DNA of 62,854 nucleotides, filler included, from Nemertoderma westbladi (taxonomy: Eukaryota; Animalia; Xenacoelomorpha), in the NCBI GenBank assembly GCA_032718475.1. It is 3 parts of 3 records of this genome, joined end to end, with 100 filler letters (N's around TTAATTAATTAA, not from the genome) between each part and the next. Parts side by side here need not be neighbours in the genome. Positions count along the whole stretch, not along the records: positions 1 to 31,497 come from JAUCBJ010008360.1; 2 more parts are not named here. The stretch is one strand, 5' to 3'. The notes under the pieces were generated by a model, which saw only the letters and a program-made list of their open reading frames with translations, was not told where the DNA came from and did not search any database. The translations under genes and the position numbers were made by a program. Shown here piece by piece: positions 12,777 to 27,117 of this stretch (position 1 is the stretch's first letter; every line of letters starts with the position of its first letter).

Positions 12777-15657
12777 CTAGAGAGAAAAGGCAATTAATTG
12801 ATCCTATTATATTTTCGGTGTCCGCTCGTTGGTTGTTTCGAGTGGTTATTGCAAACGATTATTACAAGGAAGAAAGAGAAACTGCAGAACAACCGACTAA
12901 ACGGATAACCATATTAATAATAATGCCGTAATTAAAACCAGGAAATCGATGGGAATTACCGCCTATTTAATGCAAATCGGCTTTAACTGCCCAACACGGA
13001 CATCACGCCAAGGTCTGTACGTACATAAATGAACAGCTTCCAATGGCTGTTTAGGAGACAAGAACAATAAACTATAATTATGAATATGAATATAAAAAGC
13101 CTTAAATTGGAAACAACACAGAAAGGCCAAAAATGCCGTCCAGTTTGTATATTTAATACAATTGTTGATTCTGTCTTCCTATTGTATATATTGGTTGCCT
13201 TTGCTACAGTCTCACTAAGTGCCTTCAGCTTCCAATTATTTTAAAGTTAGTAAATATCCCACGCCAAACTGTCAGACAACACATGGGTATGATACTACAC
13301 GCAACCCGCGCAGCCCGTTCAGCAAACTCTTCAAATGTATTCAGTTTCCGTTATCCGCTAGAAAAGTAATTGGTGATCAGGTAGAAAATTATTATGTGAT
13401 CAGCTAGAAAAGTATTCTGATATCAGCTAGAAAAGTATTCTGTGATCAGCTAGAAAGAAATGTATTCGAATTCGGTGATCAGTCGTCCGTTGTCAGATAT
13501 TTAATTACCGTAATTTTTTTTATGTTGTTAGACTAATTCTATTCATATTTTTGACTCGGTTTTTAAATTAATTTACTTTACTAAATTAATTAATTTAACA
13601 TTAATTAACTAATAAAATATAATTTTATACTTTTAGCAATGGCATTTTAATTACAGGTTTACAGAAAAATTAATTATTTTTTAAATATAAATAATGCACA
13701 GGAAAAGGTATACACAAATGAACAACAAATTAACTACAAGTTTATATATATGGCGATCAGGGTAATTATAAATTTTATTTTTTTTTAATGGAAGTATGAG
13801 CCAATCACGGCATCACTAGGACACCTGCTACTAGCCCAAAATATATTTTCTCCAAGTGGCCACCTACAGTACAGATGCAATCATTCATTGTTAAATCCTA
13901 ACCTTTGTACTGGAATCGTGGAAGGCGGTGTAGGAAAGCCTAACCAGTGTATGTAGTAATGGAGGGCGAGGGATGAAGCGCACCACTGCCGTAAACCGGT
14001 ATAATATTCTGAGCCAACAGATTATATTGATAATCAATATCCACTATCTATAATAGCGAAGCGCACCTCTTTATAAACAGTTGGGTTCCCATTAATGTTA
14101 TCTCTGAAGAGGGTCGCTCCTCAAGGCCAATTTCAATAATCCAAGTTTGCCAAGCTCTTTATCCCAAACTAACACGGGAAGGAGGTATAGTATGCCACCC
14201 TATTAAAAAAATAAATTAAAGAATTTTCATAAATATAATGGATTCTTAATTAAATTGAAATATGATATTATGATATAATATGATTTGATAACTACTTTTG
14301 TGGATCTTAAACTTGATGGTTTCTTGTGTCGCTAATCTGTTATATTTTTATTTACGAGCGTATTGCAACTCAATTACAAAACGAAACAAATAAATGGAAC
14401 AGCAGATCTTGGAAGTTTTAATTGATTGGCCTGATCGCAAACATTATATCGGAATCAGTGACAATGACAATGAGCATTATCTTCAGTGAGGGCCTATTTT
14501 CCACTGCCTAGGATATCTTGTGTTTTATTTCCCTAAACATTCACACCCCCGCACTTCATTAAAGCAGGCGGATTTCACCCATACTCCTACACCTTCTCTA
14601 CCAACCCCAAATCCTCTCTAATCCTTTTTCCAAGGGCGAATAATGCTATAATCACAGCCAATTCTTCAAAATAAAACAAAGACAATTCAATTTATGTTAG
14701 AGGGAGGTGAGCTAGTATTGGAAATGGAACATACAATATACGTACAAAGATTCGCTATTTGGCATGTACTTTTATGTCATTTTTTGGCATGTAACTTTGT
14801 AAGAAAACATTTTTTTAAGACAAAACATTTACATTAACATCTTTTAATATGTGTAATGGCATACAGGATAACAACTTACACGTATCTAAAGACTCATGGG
14901 TTGCAGACGGACTATAGAAAAAGAAATGGAGCCGATCTTGAAATATCATTGATTCTAGAATGGATTGAATGAAATCAGAGCTTTTATTACCATCATATGG
15001 TATGCAGATTGCAGCATATAAATATACGGGGTGTCCGTCAGAATATGTTACGGGTTCATTCTTTATTAACTCTCCTGGACTTTGACAAATATTGTTCATT
15101 TTGGTTCCAATTGAAAGCCAGAATATAAACTTAGACTTTGGTATAAAACATGATGTGGTTCTTAAATGCCATCATTTCCATAGCAACTCTTTAAAATGAA
15201 AAGGTTCTAAAAAAAGGTTAAAACTAAAAAAATGTTCAAACATTAGTTTGAATTAGTTACTGTTGCTAGGTAACAAGTTATATTCCAAACAGGCTTATTT
15301 TACGGTGTTTGTTATGTGTTTGTTATTGTTTTTACGGTGGTAGTTTACGTGTTTGTGGTTACTTTAGTCTTGTTTGAATTTCTATTTTCGTTTTATTATT
15401 TTCGTGGTTTTTTGTTATAATTTTAATGGTGGGGTGGTGTAACAATGTTTACAGGTTGAATTTAAGTAATTATTGCAGTGTCAAAAGACGCGATGATCAC
15501 GCGATTAATGATCACCTTTTCAATGAAATCGAAAAAAGTAAAAAACGCACCGCACTAGCGCGCAAGACTCTCCGCTTTCAATTGATATACGCCACGTGTA
15601 AAATGATTCAGATTTAATGTGTATTGAAATGGATCTTCTTATTCGCTTGTTTCTAGC

Positions 15658-16210
15658 TCAACAATTTTTTCGCGCACCAACCCTATTTATTCTATATAGA
15701 ATCATTTTGTTGTATATTTTTGCAGCTACCACAAGCAGACAGATCCCACGATAGTTTGTTGGTATACCGAGGTCTCCTTTCTTGGGGAGTAGCTTTAGTT
15801 GACCTTTAGTCCAAATTGGTGGAGGCTTTTCCCCATTTAACATCCGGTTGCAAACATCCAATAATGGTCTGTTAAGCACTCCTGTTTTCAATACCTCTGC
15901 AGGGATTACATCTAATCCATTTGCTTTATGATTGGACATGCTGTTAATACTTCTTTGGAGTTCGACGGGTCTAAAGTCCCCTGTTTCTATAGGTAGTGTC
16001 TTGTCATATATTTTCCTTATAGGGCTGACCTCAATGGTTGGTGGCTGCCCAAGCAAGTTGCTGAAGTGATCTCTCCCTTTCCCAACACGTTCTTCAAGAC
16101 TATCAACTTAGAGGCGCCCCTTTGCACAACTGTTCCGACCAGATACCTCATTTACAGTTTGCCAGGTAAGTCTTGATCGTTGCTGTATGTGAGCTGTTGT
16201 AATTTCTTCA
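15658..16210 (-). mobile_element. RTE LINE fragment (RT N-terminal region)
   Basis: KANGLDVIPAEVLK..LPKKGDLGIPTNYRGICLL. Closely similar to the copy at ~21200-21700. Confidence 0.9.
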
Positions 16211-16298
16211 AAGCTGGGAGTTATAACCAGTCATATTACTGGTGGCAATACCCAATACCTTTGCTTCGAAGAAATTGACAAGACTCTCGGCACCCGGT

Positions 16299-17650
16299 TT
16301 AACGCTTAAGGAATATACAGGAACAACAAAGCAGCAACCCCCCCCCCCCCCCCCTCACACCTGCTCGCCCACCCCAGACAACCACCCCATAGACTACATG
16401 CACATGGTGCACATGCTCAAGCATACCATCCTTTGAGCTTATGCTCATCCGATCAGAGACTTGCTGAGGACTTTCAAAGTTAACTGTCAGAATTTTGGTC
16501 TTTCTGGAGTTAATAAAAAGACCAACACTAGAAGCAGCATGTTCTAATGAGCTGAGGAGCCGTTGGGCTCCCTCTACTGATTCTGAGAGTACTCCTAAGT
16601 CATCAGCAAAGTCTAGATCAGTTAGGTACTTGGCAGGATTTCCTCGACTTCTGGAGCCAGTAGGTGGAGTTATCATCACCCCATCATCATTATAATTATC
16701 TAAGGACATGCGTAGAACATAGTCAACCACAATAATGAACAAGAATGGTGCAAGTGTGTCTCCTTGGAGGACGCCCCATAACACTTCAAATGGTTCTGTG
16801 TCACCGTCAACAGTAGACACAAATGTTGTCGAACCATCGTATACTGATCTGATTGCTGCAATAATTTCATCAGGAATCCCATATAATGAAAGTATGCTGA
16901 ACATACGTGAGCGAGAGACTGAATCAAAGGCATTGAAGAAGTCAACAAAGATAACAGCCAGATGCCTGTCTTTCTTTTTTGATAACTCTTCAATTATCCT
17001 TCTAAGTGCCAAAATGGGCTCCATGGTCCCACGACCTTTACGGAACCCATTCTGATTTCCACGGAGCAGTCTCTCAATGGGATCCCTGATGCGATTTAAT
17101 AGAATCCTATTGTATAGCTTTGCAGCAATCGAGATCAATGAGATTCCCCGAAAAGAACCATAGAGTGTTAGGTTGCCCTTCTTGGGAACTGGCACCAACT
17201 TATTTGTTTTCATTTCTTGTGGGACTCTTGTTGTTCGGTACATGTCTACTATGATGGAATAGATGAGCTTTAAACACTCAGGTATTTTAAAGACCTCAGG
17301 GGGAACACCATCTACTCCACTGGCACGATTAGTCTTAATGCTCTTTGCAGCAGCCTTCACTTCTGCAAAGGAGATATCGCCAATGGGAATATCTGGGAGT
17401 ACAGACTCAGACACTTTTACTTCTATAAAGTTATCAGGCAATACCCTGTCATTATTGAGGAGCTTTTCAAAGTGGGCTTTCCAACCATTGAGACGATCGG
17501 CTGGTGATTCAGCCTTAACCTTGGTGGTTGGTTGGCTTTTCCGCCCAGTAAGCAGATTGATCGAATCTTCGAATGTTCGAAGCCCCTAATAGCTGTCTAT
17601 GATATATCTGCAATTGGACTATTGTTCATTTTTTTGGTATGTTCATACAA
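16299..17650 (-). mobile_element. RTE-clade LINE reverse transcriptase fragment (second family)
   Basis: 380-aa ORF with QNGFRKGR, VDFFNAFDSV, GVLQGDTLAPFLF and LDFADD motifs; 3' truncated. Confidence 0.92.
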
Positions 17651-18316
17651 TGAAAGCATCTCGAATAGCTGCATCTCGATTCTCAGTAACTTATACTGCC
17701 TGGTGGTTGCTTAAAATCTTCAAACTCAGCAAGAACTGATCCAGAGATTCGCTCAGTTTTTGACAACGACTGATGTTGTTGGTGGCGTGCATACACTTCA
17801 TTTTGTAAGCTTAATAATAGAGATTATGTAATATTTTTATCGCTCAATCATAGCTGTTATGTTTTTCAAAATATTAAAGACTTTCGGCGACATGTAAACC
17901 ATAAGAGTTTCTAACTTCTGGCGACGATCCTCCGGGATACTATCGAAGAAGTTTTGGAGAGTTCTCTTCCAGTACCTATACTCTTTATATGCGCCAGGTA
18001 TGTAATGTGGTATCGTGCTTCCTCATTTTTTCCATTTCTGAACAAAAAGCCATTATATTACAGCATTAATTACAGTTCATTAACAGCTCAAATCCAATTT
18101 GTTTAAAAGTTATCCATAATGCAGAAAGCATTAAATTATTTTTTATTAAATTGTAGTAAAACTGAATAGACAGACCTTAACTAAGGCTTTAGAAGAAGAA
18201 CAAGAAGAACTGCACAACATACAGACTGGCATAAGGGTAAATGAAGAACTGAATTAACACAATAACATACACAACACATACCATTACAGAATGGTAAAGA
18301 AGCAAGAGTTTACATC

Positions 18317-18453
18317 ACGAAATTAATAAGCATATTAATTTAATAAAACACACCGTGTTTTGAATATTTAATTCGTCATCAGGTGTAGTGATGACGAATT
18401 AAATATTCGAAACGCGTTTTGTTTTATTTAATTAATATGCTTATTAATTTCGT
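18317..18453. ncRNA. Palindrome of two minimal hammerhead-like motifs (Penelope pseudo-LTR-like)
   Basis: Minus arm CTGATGA-CGAAT-TAAAT-ATTC-AAAACAC; plus arm GTGATGA-CGAAT-TAAAT-ATTC-GAAACGCGT. Arms are about 60 bp and each carries one core mutation. Confidence 0.6.
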
Positions 18454-20069
18454 AACATATCATTACACATATGAACTAGTAACAAAATTACTATAATTAA
18501 CACGTTATTTATTAACAAATTCCTTATTAATGAATTAACTGTATTACCTCGGAGGTATGACATTGTGTCATAGGTGTCATGTATGTATAGGTAGCCGCTT
18601 CTTTCACAGCACTGTACAGTTTGGTAGTGGTGTCTGTAAATTGATATTTGTTGCTACCCTCCTTTGTAGTACATATAAATGAGTTTTTGTTGCTTCCTTG
18701 GTATATAATATCTTTATGTAGACAGTCATTTTGGACTAAACCTCGCCCCGTAGTACTTTCAGCATTTCAACTTCATATCGCTTTCTACACACAAGTTTTT
18801 TGTATATAAATAGTTATGTAACCATTATCTCTGATGACAGTCTGTATCTAACTGGCACTATTTTCAGCAAATTGTTTCTTACTTCTATAAAAATTATTAT
18901 CATATAGACCTAATCATAAATGTGCAATCTAAAATGATAATTGAAACACAGTGGCAGCTAGACACAAACAGCTGCAGAATTAATCCTATTATACAGAAGT
19001 AATTGTCGCCTTTTGGCGCTGATATTGATTGTCTAAGTGATTATTTCCTGTATAAAATAAGAAGTTTATGTAGGATTGACGAACGACTTTCAAGTTTTGT
19101 AAGAAAGATTTAAGTGATGAACCAATATTTAACTTCACCTAAACTCCACACCCTGGCGAACGTTCACTTTTCGGTTGAAATTTTATTTAATTTTATATTA
19201 TGAAGAATTGATATTTTATTTAAATTTATCTTTATTTAGTGTTTTTTTGCGCTAATTTATATTTTATTACCTGTACATCTACACTGATTAGGTCATTGTT
19301 AAGGTTAGTTACAGACCTTCTGTAACTGTAAACTGCACGCGTTTTAGTGAAAACCTGGTATTCTCATTGTATATAATACATTGGTATAATTCACATTGGC
19401 CAAATTCCATGCGAGGCCATGCTCTGCCGTTTCACTTCACCCAGGCTAGGCCATACCGTATTACACAATCCAAATAAGGTATGTGATTCAATTCAAATCC
19501 GCGGTGTTAATGCGGTGTTATGCCACGCCATGCTATGCAATGCCATACTACTCGCTGTGTTATAATGTGTTCCACTATGCCATCATGCGCTGTATGCATT
19601 CAACATGTGGCATGCTATGGCTGTCAAGAGATGCCATGATTTGCTTTGACATTCTCTACTGTAGTGCCTCGACCATGCGATACAATGATATGGCGTTCCG
19701 CGTCTGGAAATATTATCAGATATATTTTGGTCCTCAATTCGATACCGGCCCGATCCCGATCCCACCGGACAGACATTTTATGACGTTAATGGCACTTGTG
19801 CTAAATCCATTATAGATTTCTCTGAACCCAGCTCCTCCTCTGAACAAACATTCAGTTCGTCACCACTAACTATCTTCTTCACCTCTTGCATTGACAACAG
19901 AACCAACTCATCATTCGGCGAAACATTAAAGAAGTGGTGCATCATGTACATTGTTGCTTTTACGCAGCATTTTCCTCATACAAAACTAGGTAGATGCGAT
20001 TGTATACCAGTTGCTAACTCGACTAGAAATAGAGAAAGTAATAGAAAAAGACTAGAAACTAAATAAAAC

Positions 20070-22793
20070 TTTACAAACAGGGTGACATGGTCGCTCTAGC
20101 AATGGAATATAACATCGACATCATCTGCATCCAAGAACATCGGATTTGTCATGAAGACACTGCCATGAAGTACAATGACATTGGAAATGGATGGACGTTA
20201 GTAACAAGCTCAGCAGTAAGAAACTCGGCCAATGCATCTATTGGAGGAGTAGGAATTCCACCAAGTCCATTTGCACTTAAGACCCTAAACAACATCGAAT
20301 CTATAAATTCCAGGGTTATGATAGCAACATTTGAGGGGGAATCCCAAGACAACAGTAATATGTTGCTACAGTCCAACCAATGCCTCAAAACCAGAACAAG
20401 CAGTCAAGTGTTATGAAGATCTGACTGGACTTATAAAGGACATTCCGAAACACAATGTTAAAGTCATTGCTGGTGACCTGAATTCTCAAATTGGCCCAGA
20501 AGACATCAAGGGTTACACATATAACACCAGTTCTAATAGAAATGGGCACTTACTTTTAGACCTAATGGAAGAATGTGTATTGATACCAACAAACACCACA
20601 TTCAAAAAGAGTAAGTGGAAGCTATGGACCTTTCAATACCCTAATGGAACCAAAGCAAAACTGGATTACATCCTTATAAACAAAAAGTGGAGAAACAGCA
20701 TGATCAACTGCGAGGCATACAGCTTGTTCAACCTAATCGGTTCGGACCACAGAATTGTGACTGCAGAGATCAGACTCAGTTTGAGAGCCAGCAAACCCAG
20801 TACAAGCAAGCAAATCAACTATGACTGGGAGAAACTCAGAACTGATAATGCAGTAAAGGATGCTTACACAGTAGAAGTTCAAAACCGCTTTGAAGCACTT
20901 CAGTCAATGGATGAAGACCAGTCCACCGATTCAATATACCAGAATATAATAAATGCCCACAAGGAATCAGCTAAGAGGCATATCCCCCAGAAACCCAAAC
21001 GAAAACAGTATGTGCCATGGCAAAACTCTGAGGTTACTTGTAAGAGAGAAAGATCTTAAGATAGCCTACAAAGTAAAAACCGAACAAACAACAACCGAAA
21101 ACTTTAACAAGGTTGAGAAAGCTAAGGATAATCTTAAATTGGCCTACAACATCAGCCAGGAAAAGTACATACAGGATAAAATTGAAGCAATTACAACTGC
21201 TCACATACAGCAACAATGTGTGGCAAACTGTGAATGAGGTATCTGGTCGGAAAAGTTGCGCAAATGGGCGCCTTAAAGCCTATAGTCCCGAAGAACGTGT
21301 GGGGAAGTGGAAAAATCACTTCAGCAACTTACTTGGGCAGCCACCAAACATCTAGGTCAGGCCTACAAGGAAAATATATGACAAGACACTACCTATAGAG
21401 ACAGGGGACTTCACACCTGCCGAACTCCAAAGAAGCATTAAAAGCATGTCCAATCATAAAGCGAGTGGATTAGATGAAATTCCAGCGGAGGTATGGAAAA
21501 CAGGAGTGCTAAACAGACCATTATTGAATGTTTGCAACCGGATGTTAAAAGGGGAAAAGCCTCCACCAATTTTGGACTAAAGGTCAACTAAAGCCTCTCC
21601 CCAAGAAAGGATACCTCGGTATACCAACAAACTATCGTGGGATCTGTCTGCTTGTGGTAGCTGCCAAAATATACAATAAAATGATTCTATATAGGATTAG
21701 GCCTCACATAGAGAAACTACTGCATAAGAGCCAAAACGGATTTCGACCAAGTAGGTCAACAATAGCTCAGATACTTGCACTGCGGAGACTGATTGATGGA
21801 ATAATCGTAACAAGTAGCAAAGAATGGTGATGGAGACCAGATGGTGAAACTGAGTTTTTCTCAATCCTGGCTGGCGTACTGCAAGGTGACACATTAGCAC
21901 CATTACTATTTGTAATTGTGCTGGATTACGCAATGAGGATTGCCACAAAGGGTGAAGACCTGGGATTCACACTTCAAGAACGCAGAAGTAGTAAATATCC
22001 GGCAACTACAGTCACAGACACCGACTTCGTGGATGATATCGCCCTGCTCTCTAATACGCTAGCAGAGGCACAGCTTCTACTAAATAACGTGGAGAGGGCT
22101 GCTGAGGAGGTTGGATTGTATATAAATGCTACCAAGACCGAATTCATGACTTTTAATGTTGACTTGACAACCATTGATAATAATCAACTAAGGAAAGTTG
22201 ACGACTGATGATGATGATGATTCGTAATTCCAGTACCTAGGATCATGGATAGAGAGTAGCAAATAGGACATAGAAGTTAGGAAAGCAAAGGCTTGGGTAG
22301 CTCTATCAAAAATGGATACCATCTGGAAATCAGATCTCCCCAGGCACCTAAGACTAAGTTCTTTCGAGCCACAGTGGAAAGTGTATTTTTATACGGGGGT
22401 AAGACCTGGACACTGACTAAATCACTTGAACAACGAATTGATGGTTGCTATACAAGACTACTAAGAGCAGCCCTAAACATCAGCTGGAGACAACACATGA
22501 CAAATGCCGAGCTTTATGGTACAATACCACCTGTATCATCCACCCTCCGTGAACGCAGATTAAGATTCAGTGGGCACTGCTGGCAAGTAAAGATGAAGTC
22601 ATACCAGATCTAGTTTTCTGGCAACCAACTCATGGAAAGCGTAGTCGTGGATGACCACCCATAACATATATAGATCAACTTGAAAGGGATACTGAACTTG
22701 GGAGAAACGAAATTGCGACAACTATGGAGAATCGGGAAGCCTGGAAGGATCTCATTTCCACTGTCCGAGTTCGCTCGACTTAGTAGTAGTAGT
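20070..22793 (+). mobile_element. Near full-length, frameshifted RTE LINE (AP endonuclease + RT)
   Basis: IDIICIQEHR, CYSPTN, AGDLN, LDYIL and SDHRIV (APE); GVLQGDTLAP and DFVDDIAL (RT); C-terminal LRFSGHC; (TAG)n tail at 22781-22793. Confidence 0.93.
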
Positions 22794-23839
22794 GCTAACT
22801 CGAGGTTGTTCTTCAAGAATACGCTGTACCTGCACAGTAACTCTGTCACCATCAGCATATCTTACTAGCCCCATCAGTTTTATGAATGCAGACTGCGATT
22901 CAGTTTCTACTACTGGAGAAGTAAAGACAAGGAGCTCGTACATCATACCAAATCTAATTGTCTGAGTACAATGTGGGCGCCCCTGCGGACGACCGGCTAT
23001 GGCATACTGTATAGACCAAATTGAAAGGGATACTGGACTTGGGAGTGTCGAGATTGCGACTACTATGGAGAATCGTGAAGCATGGAAGGACATCATTCCT
23101 ACTGTCAGATGTCAGAATTCGTTCGACACCTAGTTTTTCGACCTATTCACTGTTCAGTCACTTTGACTGAAATAGAAATTTGATAGAATTGTGGCCATGT
23201 ATGATAAATAATTTGTTGACTATGATTAAGACATTAGACACTGCTTGAGCTTATATTGTAAACGTGGGTTGAAGAATTTACTGTGTAGAATCACCCATGG
23301 TTGTGTGTATATATATATACCCTATACATAGCTCAACCACAGACATTTCCTGTCTTCATAAGCCTAAAACCTAAAAGATTCTCCCATTCTGAGAAAGGGG
23401 GAGGAAGGGGTGGCGCAAATCCCATATAGTCGAATTAATATCCCGCCTCAAATCTTCAATTATCAACTAAGGGAAAGGTTCAGGTTACAGTGGTACGTTA
23501 TTATAACCAAAACAATAAACAAAACTCAATAATACACATTATGGTAAAATTTTTCTTAGTAATCAGAGGTTATTTACCTGTGATGTATTTACCAGGGAGA
23601 AATTTGAGTGCGTCAAGACAAGAGAAAGGAACACTGCAATATTATTCCTCCATGGTTCTCGCCTTTCATCACTTTAGCCAGAGGTTCGAAATCTGTTCGA
23701 CAACAAATGTTCATTTATAATGAGCCCCTACCATAAAAAATGCCTATAGGATAGGAAAGTTGGGCCAAACACATTCAGTAGTCTGTGTTGAATGATAATT
23801 AGAAACGGTTGAAACAACGGTCCCCAAAGTAACAAGATT

Positions 23840-24005
23840 ATATTTGGCCCAAATGTGGTTGGCCCATATGTGGTTGGCCCAAATGTGGTTGGCCGAAATG
23901 TGTTTGGTCCAAATGTGGGTCACATTTGGCCCAGATGAGGAACACACGTGGGCAAAATGTGGTTAGTTGTGGTTAATTTTTGGCCCAAATGTGGTTTGCC
24001 CAACT
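23840..24005. repeat. Degenerate 15-bp tandem repeat (GGCCCAAATGTGGTT), probably MITE-internal
   Basis: Several adjacent copies are visible. Confidence 0.7.
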
Positions 24006-24995
24006 GTCCGATCACGCAGCTATCAGCATCAGGGCCATCCTGGCAGAATGGGGACTGCATTATTTAATATAAACATCACTATTGCACTTCCACACTACTA
24101 TTTTAATGCATTATTTTATTGCATGACCCTCCTCCCCCCAGATTGTGGTCAATTGTTTCAAGTTACTTAATTGTTTATTATATGTATTATTATTACTAAT
24201 ACACAGTTGAATTATTTTATTTATCTGACGTAATAAAACCCATTCAAACGTTTGTTTGAATTTTAGTTTTATTTAAATTTGTTATGGTATTCAAATTAGT
24301 CCTGAAGATCGGTTGCATGCAACCTACAGTAGTTCGACTACTAATCATACATCTCATTCGTTTCATTTTTTTAATAAAACTAGTCATATCTCCATGTCAA
24401 TCAACTATTAAAACATTCCCACTGTAAAGTAGACCTACTAGTTTACATACACCCCTTAGTAAGCTTATAGATTTACATTGTCATTATTTTTCAGTGTACA
24501 AAATAAATTTCTCTCTTTAATAATGTAAATAAACTGTTGAACTTGAACTTTACAATTTATTTAATTTCTAATATTATACCAATCTATAATTGCCACGGTT
24601 GTAAAACCAATAATAAGATTATAGTTTTAAGTTCATTGGCTTATTCAAATAAATGTAATGAGATTAATCAAGGAAACCATATAATTGCGGTTGGTTGGGC
24701 TACCCCGGTATGGATGAATCACTGTTTGCGCAACACTGATTCTAAATAAGGCATTCAACCAGACCAGAGACACAAGGGCCTAATTATATTACACAATGCT
24801 ATGCTGCAATTTGTTAAGCCGCAGAGGAAACAGATAAGGGACAGTGCAACCCCTTTCCAAGAAATCATGTCGTCCTCATGTTTAAACAAGGAGATAAGCT
24901 TATGATATTTATACCGGGTAACCGCATTTTCTGTCCTGGCTAAACATTTCAATATACATTACACAATTGTAACAATAATTAGTAAAATAAAAAAT

Positions 24996-25265
24996 ATGGC
25001 ACCATCAAGCATTACCTTATTAATATTATTATTTATCATTGTGGGAGTGGTGTTTGAGACCGTGGGAAGTCAGTACAGGAGTCTAGATCAATCGGTTACA
25101 GAGGAAATTCGTAAGGTTTATAGTTGTGGCGATTTTACAAGCAATATCTTACCGATAATGAGTGCTGTTTGCAATAATTGTTTCGCTAGAAGAACTAGAA
25201 GGCAAGCGCCAACACTATTTAGGACGACACGGGTAACGAGAAGCGAAGAAACAAACTTTGAAAGG
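24996..25265 (+). CDS. Insulin-like peptide precursor, exon 1 (signal peptide, B chain, C peptide)
   Basis: Hydrophobic signal, RK, B chain VYSCGDFTSNILPIMSAVCNNC, RRTRR and RVTR basic sites. Phase-0 donor AGG|GTTAGT at 25266. Confidence 0.85.
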
Positions 25266-25681
25266 GTTAGTTATCCTGTAATGCTAATAAATAATTTATA
25301 CTGTGGAAGATCATCCAAGATGGTGCTCGAACAGGGATTCCTTGGCTTAATGAACCTAAAAGGATCTCCATTCATAATAAAATATAGCAATTACAGTGAG
25401 CAAAACAGTATTCAGTTACAGTATAGCAAAACAGATTATTATTTTACTGCAAGGCCAATGCGAGAGTGTTGGAGTTATTTAGTGCTGAAATAAATATATC
25501 CACGAAAAACGTTAGCCTTGCTTTGTGGTGCTCTAGTAGGCGTTAGGTTCATTCTCATTAAATTTAAATGATTAATTCTTCTCAAATGTCATTTCCGTTT
25601 GGATGGTGCCTATTGTGTTATTATGGACATAAAAAATTTGGATATTGAATTATTTACAATAATCCAATTTTACTATTAATA

Positions 25682-26340
25682 GGTCGGGCGAACTCGGACA
25701 GTGGAAATTAGGTCCTTTCAGGCTTCCCTATTCTACATAATTGTTGCAATTTTGTTTCTCCATAACCCAGTACCACTTTCAAGTTGGTTTTTATATAGCC
25801 GGTCGTCCGTGGCAACGCATACCTACCATGTGCTGTTTGCCAGAAAAGTAGATCTGGTATGACCTCATCTTTACTTCTCCAGCAGTGCCCACTGAATCTT
25901 AATCTGCGTTCACGGAGGGTGGTTGATACAGGTGATATTGTACCATAAAGCTCGGCGTTGTCATGTGTTGTCTCCAGCTGATGGTTAGGGCTGCCATTAG
26001 TAGTCTGTGTAACAATCATCAATTCGCTGTTCAAGTGATTTCGGTACTATTGGTCTTCAGGTGCCTGGAGAGGTCTGATTTACAGATGGTATCCATTTTT
26101 GATAGAACTACCCAAGCCTTTGCTTTTCTGCACATATTATATCCATTAACCAAGGTACAGAAAGTCCCTTCATCGTTTTTGAGATGATTATCATCGATGA
26201 TGGTCAGGCTTCCATTAACATTAACAGTCATGAATTCTGTTTTGGTAACTTTTTTATGCAATCCAATAATCCAAACCCCTGCACAGCCCTTTCAACGTTT
26301 AGTAAAATTCCGCATCAGCTAGCACATTAGAAAGTAGGGG
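25682..26340 (-). mobile_element. RTE LINE 3' fragment in the insulin-gene intron
   Basis: NAELYGTISPVSTTLRERRLRFSGHCWRSKDEVIPDLLFWQ; same family as 20070-22793. Confidence 0.88.
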
Positions 26341-27117
26341 GATATGTATGTATGTTTGTCGTTGCTCTATCCCCGCCTAAACGCTCCGGTGAATCGTTAC
26401 GAGACTTTGTATGGTGGTTTATATGTGTATCGGCGATGGAATAGGAAAGTTACGCGTTAATTAATTAATTAATTATCGAGATAATTATATAAGATCGTAA
26501 GTAAGAATTGGACCAACATTAATACTGTGGAGGCTGTATGCTTTTACTGTAAGGCTGAATGTTTACTCAGCCTCATAATGATTCTCCATAAGGCTAACTA
26601 ACATTACAGTTTGAAATATAAAAATCACTGCTTATTATCTGTATCAGGTTATACACTGGCATTCAAAATATTTTATAAGTGAATACCATTTAGCGGCTAA
26701 GATTACTCTCTGTCAGACTCCCCTTCAGAACGTTGTTGAGGGAATTTACTTTACTTTACTCTACTGTGCCATTCAGCTGAATGGATTTGAGCAATCGTCA
26801 TGTTACAGAGTGGGATCTCTCTCTGACCATAGGCAAATAACCAGCTGATAGCTCCTTCCCTCAGAATGCAACACAAACTCTTGCTTGGAATTTTCTAGGA
26901 GGGTGAGCCTGAGTGCTTGAAAAATTGCCTTTTTTATAATTTACTGTGAACATATTATTATATTGTTAGTTGGTCATCTACAAGGTAGGTGTATGTGACT
27001 GTATATGACATGGTGTAAACCCAAGATATTAAATAGTTGTGGCTGTCCTCTTACATAACCCAATAGGTTAGGAACCCCTTAGGATTTCCAGCATTTTACC
27101 TCTATGGATGGAGTTAA

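Noticed and set aside
15026-15650. TA-CGGGGTGTCC Tc1/mariner-like left end
   Set aside because: No matching right TIR or transposase motif was found, so it was not called.
24298-24330. CTGAAGA + hairpin, a possible hammerhead
   Set aside because: The GAAA half of the core is missing.
25266-25493. C-terminal part of the 165-aa ORF
   Set aside because: Read-through into the intron; it contains a SINE 3' fragment.
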